Origin: Corallochytrium limacisporum Hawaii | Lineage: Eukaryota > Protista > Pluriformea | Assembly (NCBI GenBank): GCA_002811645.1 | Contig: PDIP01000083.1 | Location: forward strand, 162,834 to 226,833 | Length of the DNA stretch: 64,000 nucleotides | Direction: 5' to 3' | Shown here: one piece after another, positions 56,806 to 64,000 of the stretch | Position numbering within the stretch: the first letter of the stretch is position 1 | Layout of the letters: each line of letters opens with the position of its first letter | The notes under the pieces: model-generated | Database searches by the model: none | What the model was told of the DNA's origin: nothing | The model's input: the letters and a program-made list of their open reading frames with translations, nothing else | Made by a program: the position numbers and the translations under genes

Positions 56806-59295
56806 ATGTCACCATCAATTATGTCGGAACAGCAGCCACAGCAGTCTCGCCCAAAGCAGGGACCGCAAAGGGTGTTCACTGAGGCTAACCTTGCACGTCT
56901 CGGCAGTAAGGAACATCGGAAGCAGTTGGTCGGCCTTGCCGCTCAGCACCGCTACGAAGAGAACAGTGAGAGCCGCCGCAAGGCCTCTGCGCACCTTCCT
57001 TATGTCCCGAGCTTCGGTGACCTCCAACTTGCAGATCGCGAGAAGGTCAATAGAGTACTGCTCGGTCATCTCGCAGAGTTCCGCTGGAAGGCTGTGAACG
57101 AACGCTCCCGGGTACAGAAGGAACTTGGAGAGCTGCGCAAATTGACAGACTCGGGCAAACCACGGGCCAAAGTTAGTACCGTCCGACCCCCTGGAGATCG
57201 CAAGATGCTGTTTGAACGGCCACAGTTGCAGAAAATGGTCCAAGATCAGGAGCATGAACTCTATAAGTGGTACGCCAGTGAAATGACAAGGCAAGCCAAG
57301 CTCAAATCCCTAAACTGCACAGAGTTTCCGCACTATCTCTTCACCGAGCACAAGAAGTTCCATCCCCATGACTTGCGTTCGTGGATGGTCCGTACCTATG
57401 ACAGTCTGCGGTATGTTCCGTTTTCTTGGGGCGAATTGTCGATCCGCCCGGTCGAGGACCTCAGCGGTACAGTCTTCACGGACGATGCCATCCGTCTGGG
57501 CCGCAAGTTCTGTATCGGCGCAATCATGCTGAGCAACATGTGGGAGTTCAATCCACGCCACTGCTGCCACATGCTCATCACACACCAACCCATGGAGGAC
57601 GTCATGATCTTTCTGCGCACCAAGTGGCTGCTCCAGTACGAGGACAACCAAGAAGAGATGGAGCGGGTCATTGAGGACGAGAGTGGAGTCAGGCCCTCTC
57701 TCCGGCGCACTAGTCAAATGGGGGGCAGTCATGCTGACAGCGACGATGTCACAGAACCTGTCAAATTCACGTTTGGCCGCACTGACACTCACACGGACTT
57801 GGAGATGATCCTGGACGAGAGTGAGGAGAACCAGAGCGATGACTATCTGCAGTACAACTGCAGCACAACCGCGAACGGCAACTCAAGCGTACAAAATAAG
57901 GGTGATGAGACCACAGAACATAATAATACTGACGCAAAATCCGATATTGCTGCTGGAGGACGGCCCTCCAGTGGCACCAAGGTCTCCTTCATGGTGAGCG
58001 AGAACAGCGGCAAGGCGGGCTTCACCATGGGCGCAGAGGACGATGACCACGACATTACAGACGATGAAGGAGCCAATGATTCGGGTAATTCGGTGTCCGA
58101 GGCGGGTAGTTCCGCCCCGTTCTTCACCCGGAACTCCACGACGGAAAGCATTGACCTCTCGTCGCGCCCGCAGTCCATGCGCTCATCCAAGCTCAGCCGC
58201 GCAAGCGAGGCACCACTGCTTGAGGAAGTTGCCGACATGTCCCTAGGCTCCGTGCCTGGCTCCCCAGCAATCTTTGACGAGGGTGAGGACGACGGTTACA
58301 TTGACCCCGAATTTAGAGCCCATGCACCGAAGTCTGCGCTAAATTCGTCCGAAAATTCCGGCCAGCACCGTCGCAGCTCCCTCATGAAGGGCCTGAAGAG
58401 CCGCCTATCCTCTTCTCTGAAGGTTAGTCGCATCGTTGAGAAGACATCCCGTCATGCACCGCAGTCCGCGCATCATGGACCATCCCATGCTACGGAGGTA
58501 TCGTCAACAACCACTACGGCGTCACCCGAAACCAGTGAGGAGACCGCGGAGCCCATCACCATGGAGGATCTTATGCCTCTGCCCCTTCGTGAGACAGAGC
58601 TTGCCTTCCTCAACGATATCGCTTCGTCAAGTTCGTACAAGACCCTGGAAAACGCAGTGAGTCAGCTCATGACCGAGAAGGATCCTCCCTTCTTTGTCAT
58701 TGCCAGCGCCAATAGTGACTCCTGTGTGGTGGTCAATTGCCGCAACTACGAGCTCACCACTTTCCACCGCTGCCTGCCCGGGTTCATGGGCCAGGACTTC
58801 TTCTACCTGCCTGAACGATATCATGTGAAGACCACAGCTCGGCCGAGGGTCTATTGCCAACGCAACCAGTGCCCGCGCTACGAGGGCAGTCCGCAGTCGG
58901 CGGTGCTCATGGACAACTTCCGTGAACATCAGGACCGGTTCCTGGAACGCATCAGCCGCAAAGCACGGGAATTAAGCTGGGAGAACCCGAAGTACACATC
59001 CCTCCTAAACGCAGAGATTGCCAAGATTGAGGAGGAGCATGCAGACGAGCCAGAAGACAGCAGGGCCAAGATGATTGCTAGTATCCGTGGCAAATTCAAC
59101 AAGGAAATGGACATCAAGGAGCGCAAGATGGTGCAGTCTCTGTTGCTGCAGCGGCGTGCGGATCTGAATCACACCTGCGCACGATGCGGTGTGGTTTTCT
59201 ACTGCTCAACTGAGTGCGGTAAGAGCGACTACAAACACCACGGACCTGTCTGCCTGCGGAAGCATACGGTCTCGGAGGACTTGGGGTCCGACTGA
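56806..59295 (+). CDS. Uncharacterised 829-aa protein with C-terminal MYND-type zinc finger
   Basis: CARC..FYCSTECGKSDYKHHGPVC; long acidic/Ser-rich middle region. Confidence 0.8.
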   Translation: MSPSIMSEQQPQQSRPKQGPQRVFTEANLARLGSKEHRKQLVGLAAQHRYEENSESRRKASAHLPYVPSFGDLQLADREKVNRVLLGHLAEFRWKAVNERSRVQKELGELRKLTDSGKPRAKVSTVRPPGDRKMLFERPQLQKMVQDQEHELYKWYASEMTRQAKLKSLNCTEFPHYLFTEHKKFHPHDLRSWMVRTYDSLRYVPFSWGELSIRPVEDLSGTVFTDDAIRLGRKFCIGAIMLSNMWEFNPRHCCHMLITHQPMEDVMIFLRTKWLLQYEDNQEEMERVIEDESGVRPSLRRTSQMGGSHADSDDVTEPVKFTFGRTDTHTDLEMILDESEENQSDDYLQYNCSTTANGNSSVQNKGDETTEHNNTDAKSDIAAGGRPSSGTKVSFMVSENSGKAGFTMGAEDDDHDITDDEGANDSGNSVSEAGSSAPFFTRNSTTESIDLSSRPQSMRSSKLSRASEAPLLEEVADMSLGSVPGSPAIFDEGEDDGYIDPEFRAHAPKSALNSSENSGQHRRSSLMKGLKSRLSSSLKVSRIVEKTSRHAPQSAHHGPSHATEVSSTTTTASPETSEETAEPITMEDLMPLPLRETELAFLNDIASSSSYKTLENAVSQLMTEKDPPFFVIASANSDSCVVVNCRNYELTTFHRCLPGFMGQDFFYLPERYHVKTTARPRVYCQRNQCPRYEGSPQSAVLMDNFREHQDRFLERISRKARELSWENPKYTSLLNAEIAKIEEEHADEPEDSRAKMIASIRGKFNKEMDIKERKMVQSLLLQRRADLNHTCARCGVVFYCSTECGKSDYKHHGPVCLRKHTVSEDLGSD

Positions 59296-60824
59296 ACAGA
59301 GCGTGACAATAGAAGCAAGTGGCCAACAAACATAGCCATGTCACTAGGTCCATAAAGAGTGTGCTTACAATTTGTTTGTTGAGTAACTAACATAAACAAA
59401 TATTAAATATATAAGTGAAAGGACAAAAATGGGATTGAAGAATTGTGATCAGGTTGGCAACGTGTGATGATTTGATCAGAAACTCGGCATGCCTCCCCCT
59501 TCACGATCTAGGCTGCCGCGTTGTTCTACACACCCCGGCAAACAAAGTGACCGTGCAATCACCGGTCATCCAATAGTTCATTTTGGGTTTGTAGGAACAT
59601 CCACATTCCTGGGATCTCGTTCGGAACGGTGTCTATTACGGAGCACTGGTATTGATGACCGGCGGGAGTGGTCTGCTCCGGGGGGGAAGCGGGTGGCGTG
59701 CACCAGCCACGTCCTCTTGGCGGTCCGCCCGCTTCTCTCCCTGGGTCTATAGTGAAAGGATCATAAACCGCCACCGGGCTTCAGAAACGGAATTTTTTCA
59801 CCCAGGCATCAGCGTGATTAGTGGGCAGTCGTGGTACTCTCACTACCGAAAATGGAGATGGGGGGTCCCCCCGCCCCGCGGGGTCTCTTGGCAATCGCCA
59901 AACAAAAGAACGACCTAGTACTTAATATATGTAATCCCGCAAAGGGTTTGGGACTGCGCACTCTGCAGTCGGAGATGTAGATCCCAACAGACGTCCGTCG
60001 AATGCTTCTCTGGATCACTTTCAGTACTGAATGAGTGGGAAAAAATTTGTGCTGAGGGCACATGAAAAATTTTGGGAACAAATCGGTTCCCACACAGAGC
60101 GACCGACGTGCGGGAGGAGGCATCCACTAGTGCTCATCCCCTTTCACCAACCGTGCACAACCCCTGCACAATTCTAGATCATGCTGGCTGGCCTTCCCGT
60201 ACAGCCTATCCTCCACCTTTGTCACAATCTTAGGCAGAGTTGTACTAACGGTACAATTCTTGCATGTACGACCCGTTGTGCAGAGATCTCTGTGCGTCCA
60301 TTCCATACGCACTGATCGGAAAGCACATCTGTGTGAAGTAGAGTGTCAGAATGAAGTCAATAGGTCCCTAGAAGTAGATCTGTCTGATGCCAGATACGGA
60401 GCATGTATTACCGTTCATCGGAACAGGAAGCTGTACTCTACAGTGCTACGATCTGCAGGGAGATCACCGAGCAAAAGTCACACGTCAGATCAGGAGTCGA
60501 GTTCAGCTCCCGCTTCGAAACGAGGACGCAATAGATTGGGGGTTTCGACCATCGGTGCGGGGGAGGAGGGATGGGGGAGGGTAGGGCAGGACTGACAAAG
60601 CTTAGAGGGAACCAGAACACGGTGCCAGAACCGGCACTGATCTTTCGGATTTACTTGTTAGGATGTCAGATAGTGCAGAAGAGTCACTTCACGGAATGTG
60701 GGAAGCCAGGTCACCAGCGGGCGAGCTACGAGGACGATCAGACAAAGGTACTTCAGACCTCGCAGTCGAACAGTTAGCAGAGGAAAGGGGAGTGATCAGT
60801 GACCCATACAAAGTATAACATCAT

Positions 60825-62270
60825 ATGGAGCATACTCAATTGACTGGACTTTCTGAGGCTGAAATCCTCAGCCTACAGCGTGCGCTCGCCATGGACGAAA
60901 GTGGTCTCGCTGACCTCATGCAGCAGCTTGAAGAGGCAGGCCACGATCGTGCCGTACATGCCGCCCACGAGATCCTGGCTGGTGTCAATGATGAAGGTCA
61001 TTTAGTCACCGTGATTACTGATGGTGACCATAATGACAACACCAATGAGTCCAATACTGATCTGTGCATGGTGTGCTTTGAGCAACCATCCTCAGAGGAA
61101 GATACGGTACGTGCCTGCCCTGAAGCAACTCATCATATCTTTTGCAATAGGTGCTTCCTGTCATATATAGACATGTGCATTGGCGCCCGGCAGACGGTGC
61201 TCGAATGCCAACATATGGATGGCTGCTATGCCCACATAAATTTGGATGTCCTGGCGGAAAATGCCTCCGAACAAGTACTCAAGCGATGGGAACGAATGCT
61301 AGCAGTCAAGGACAACCCAGAGCTTCGTGAATGCCCGCAGTGCGATTCTCTGTACCCAACTGGATCTCCCAAGAATCCAGACATTTACTGTGACAAATGC
61401 AAGGTGACCTTCTGCTATTGGCACTCTGCTATTCATCTGAACCAGCCATGCCAGGGAAAGGAGGCCCACGAGGAGAATACCTTGACCTCCTGGCTGTCTA
61501 CTTTTCGCAAGCGCCTGACCACAACAGAGTGCCCCAACTGCAAGCGGGCTGTGAATCGGAGTGGTGGGTGCCCGCACATGACCTGTGTCTGCGGAAAGAG
61601 TTTCTGCTACCGCTGTGGAGCTCCCTGGAAGGACCATATCCCTTCCTACGTTTCCCTTAACTTTAAGCGTTCGTGCAATAACAAGCGGGCATGGGTCGTG
61701 CGATCGATGGTGTACACACCCATCATTCCGTTGATGGTCGCCGGTGTTGCGGTAGGTGGCGCGATCTGGAGCACAGCAAAAGTTGCACGGGGCTTAAAAT
61801 TTGGTGTGACAGTAGGGGCCCGTGGCTGCAAGCGCTCTGTGCAAAAGCGGTGGAAGAAACGGACAGTGCCACAGACGACGGAGTCCATCAGTCGCCCAGC
61901 TATGCCGCAGAGCATCCTGGTCGTTGAGGAACTAAACGATGTCTACCCTTCCATTAATGAAGACACAATCAGTGTTACTTCTTCCGATTCTCAACTTGAG
62001 GCTGCAATTGAATCAGGCCACGATTACGGTGATACAGGCGACAACAGGTTGGCAGCATCAGGCGTGGAGATGAAGGCATATCCTAGTGGAAGCAACAGAG
62101 AGCATATGTTAACCGACATCAGAAATTTCAACAAGAGCACCCTTCGCACCCAATACCGGCCGACCCTGCGACGGCGGGCGATTCGCAGGAAGAAATCTGT
62201 GAGTTTCAAGCACCATATCCACCAAGTTCACAGCATACCCCCCGCGCCAAGGTCAGTGGCATCCATTTGA
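60825..62270 (+). CDS. RBR (RING1-IBR-RING2) E3 ubiquitin ligase with hydrophobic anchor (RNF19/144/217-like)
   Basis: CMVC..C..H.FC..C..C....C; CPQC..CDKC..FCYWH..H...C; CPNC..GGCPHMTC.C..FCYRC; hydrophobic segment after RING2. Confidence 0.92.
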   Translation: MEHTQLTGLSEAEILSLQRALAMDESGLADLMQQLEEAGHDRAVHAAHEILAGVNDEGHLVTVITDGDHNDNTNESNTDLCMVCFEQPSSEEDTVRACPEATHHIFCNRCFLSYIDMCIGARQTVLECQHMDGCYAHINLDVLAENASEQVLKRWERMLAVKDNPELRECPQCDSLYPTGSPKNPDIYCDKCKVTFCYWHSAIHLNQPCQGKEAHEENTLTSWLSTFRKRLTTTECPNCKRAVNRSGGCPHMTCVCGKSFCYRCGAPWKDHIPSYVSLNFKRSCNNKRAWVVRSMVYTPIIPLMVAGVAVGGAIWSTAKVARGLKFGVTVGARGCKRSVQKRWKKRTVPQTTESISRPAMPQSILVVEELNDVYPSINEDTISVTSSDSQLEAAIESGHDYGDTGDNRLAASGVEMKAYPSGSNREHMLTDIRNFNKSTLRTQYRPTLRRRAIRRKKSVSFKHHIHQVHSIPPAPRSVASI

Positions 62271-64000
62271 GCTCAATAGAGTAAAACTTGTTCCTCCATA
62301 TGGTAGTTGTTGGGTACGTTAATAATGAACGTACTGCCCCGGGCCTGCCAGAATGGACCTGTGGAAAAAGGCCCCCCCCCCCAACCGGTTTGTTTTGGGG
62401 TGGATGGGGAGGGGGAGGGCCCCGGGAGACGACTGGAGACTTTTGCCGGACGCTGGAGTAGCCAGCCGGCTGCTGGTACCATTTCCCTCAGCCTCGCCAG
62501 CACCAGCAGCGTCTACTGATGGGAGATGGCCCCGCCCCGTAAAGGACGACAAAGTGACACACGGACCCATCCCATCACATCACTCATCAGCCCCTCACAC
62601 GTAAGTACCCAACGGCACATTGACGTATTCGAAGCATTCATAGTAGTTACGCAAGATCCATTCTCTGTGCGCTTCGTGTGATGCGAGTCCCCCATTCTCT
62701 CAGCGGACGCGGCACTGGTCGACATCAACACATGTGAGGGGCATCGAAAGGACAGAAAGTTCATGGATGCGAGTGCATGCGAGTCTCTTTTGAAGTGTGG
62801 TGAACGAGTCAGAGTGGGTTGGGGAAACCGCGGAAGGAGGATTCTTGAGAGACCCCAGTCAAGCCCCTTATCCTCTGGTATGAGATTGTGTACTGCTTGA
62901 TGCACGGACCCATTAGTCAACTAAAATCCACTCAGTTGCTTGAACGTCCCCAAAATTCTCCCATTTCGTTAATATACACTGGATTAAAACAAGAGTATGC
63001 TTCCAAACTCTTCCACCCCGTTAAAGGCCGTTCTCCTGGGTGTGTATTCTCTCCTTCCGCAGCCCGGAATGAACCCGCGGCAGAAATGTGATTTGTGCGA
63101 CATTGGGCAGCACACCCTGCGCTGGTCTGAATGTTCTTTTTCGTTTGATTCTCCTTCTGTTGGCATCCAGCTTGGCGCCCGGAATGCACAAAGGCTGCAT
63201 TCAAGAGTGACGAAAATAAGGGAGTGCTCAGACATGGATTCGAAAAGTTCGCAGCGGACCAATTTATGAGTGCGAAAAGCAGGATGATTTGCCGGGTCAG
63301 GAGTGCGGACACATAACACACGTAATCCGAGCACTGCGCTGACACTTAAACGCATATAGGGACTACAGACCATCAATTATGCATCCACTTAAACACATGG
63401 TCAGCGCATGACACAAATCGAATACACCGCACAGAAATGAGTGCGTGAAGGACTTCCTAGAACATGTATGAGTTAGTGTTCACAAATTCAGTTCCCCGTT
63501 CGTGACCCAAGGATCGGTACATGGTAGCACAGGCACCACAACGATGCCGTCCAGATGGTGATAACAGAGAGCTGAGGAGAACTCAAGTATTCAATGTATC
63601 AATTAGCAACAAAAATCCCGTCGCCATCTTTCGTCATATACATCGCCCCCTCCCCAAAAATACCAGTGTTCCAAGCATGGAGGTTCCATGTCCACAACCC
63701 CCAAGTGACTCATTCCTTGGGGTCAAACCCCGGGTATCCAGGGACCTATGATGATGTGATGTCTGGTGATGATACTAGGGAATGATCACTTGAAAACTGA
63801 AGGAAATCACATACCCTACTACCAGTAAGTGGACTTCACTGGTCACTCCTGGCCGACCAAACGATGCATCCACCAAAACTGTGTGCAACCCGCTGCCGTC
63901 CGAACACAATCCCCGCTTATCATTGGCGGGTTGGCATCTCGAGACTTTGCCACGTACCCCACCCTATAGCCTGGGCCCGTGAGCAATAGGAAGGGTGTAA

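Noticed and set aside
60849-60900. UIM-like helix at the RBR N-terminus (LQRALAMD)
   Set aside because: Lacks the conserved Ser of LxxAxxxS

Overview
Gene-dense eukaryotic DNA with 20 well-supported protein-coding genes (~1 per 3.2 kb), each a single uninterrupted ORF. The repertoire mixes animal-like genes (C2orf42-like, ARHGAP11-like RhoGAP, ANXA7/11-like annexin, p115) with fungal-type genes (ChAPs/exomer subunit, YHM2-like carrier). Together with the absence of coding introns this suggests an intron-poor unicellular opisthokont such as Corallochytrium (inference only). Most genes form tightly packed convergent pairs separated by long divergent regions rich in homopolymers and microsatellites; two assembly gaps fall in such regions. 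No rRNA, confident tRNA, CRISPR or mobile element was found. The most notable items are: a membrane-anchored RBR ubiquitin ligase with a thymosin/WH2-like motif and an RVxF motif; a type II membrane protein carrying a bacterial-like duplicated His domain; a DA1-like zinc peptidase; a Pol mu/TdT-like polymerase; a split MYND finger; candidate introns confined to 5' leaders; and a recurrent C(n)G(n) upstream motif. Family assignments come from remembered motifs, not database searches.
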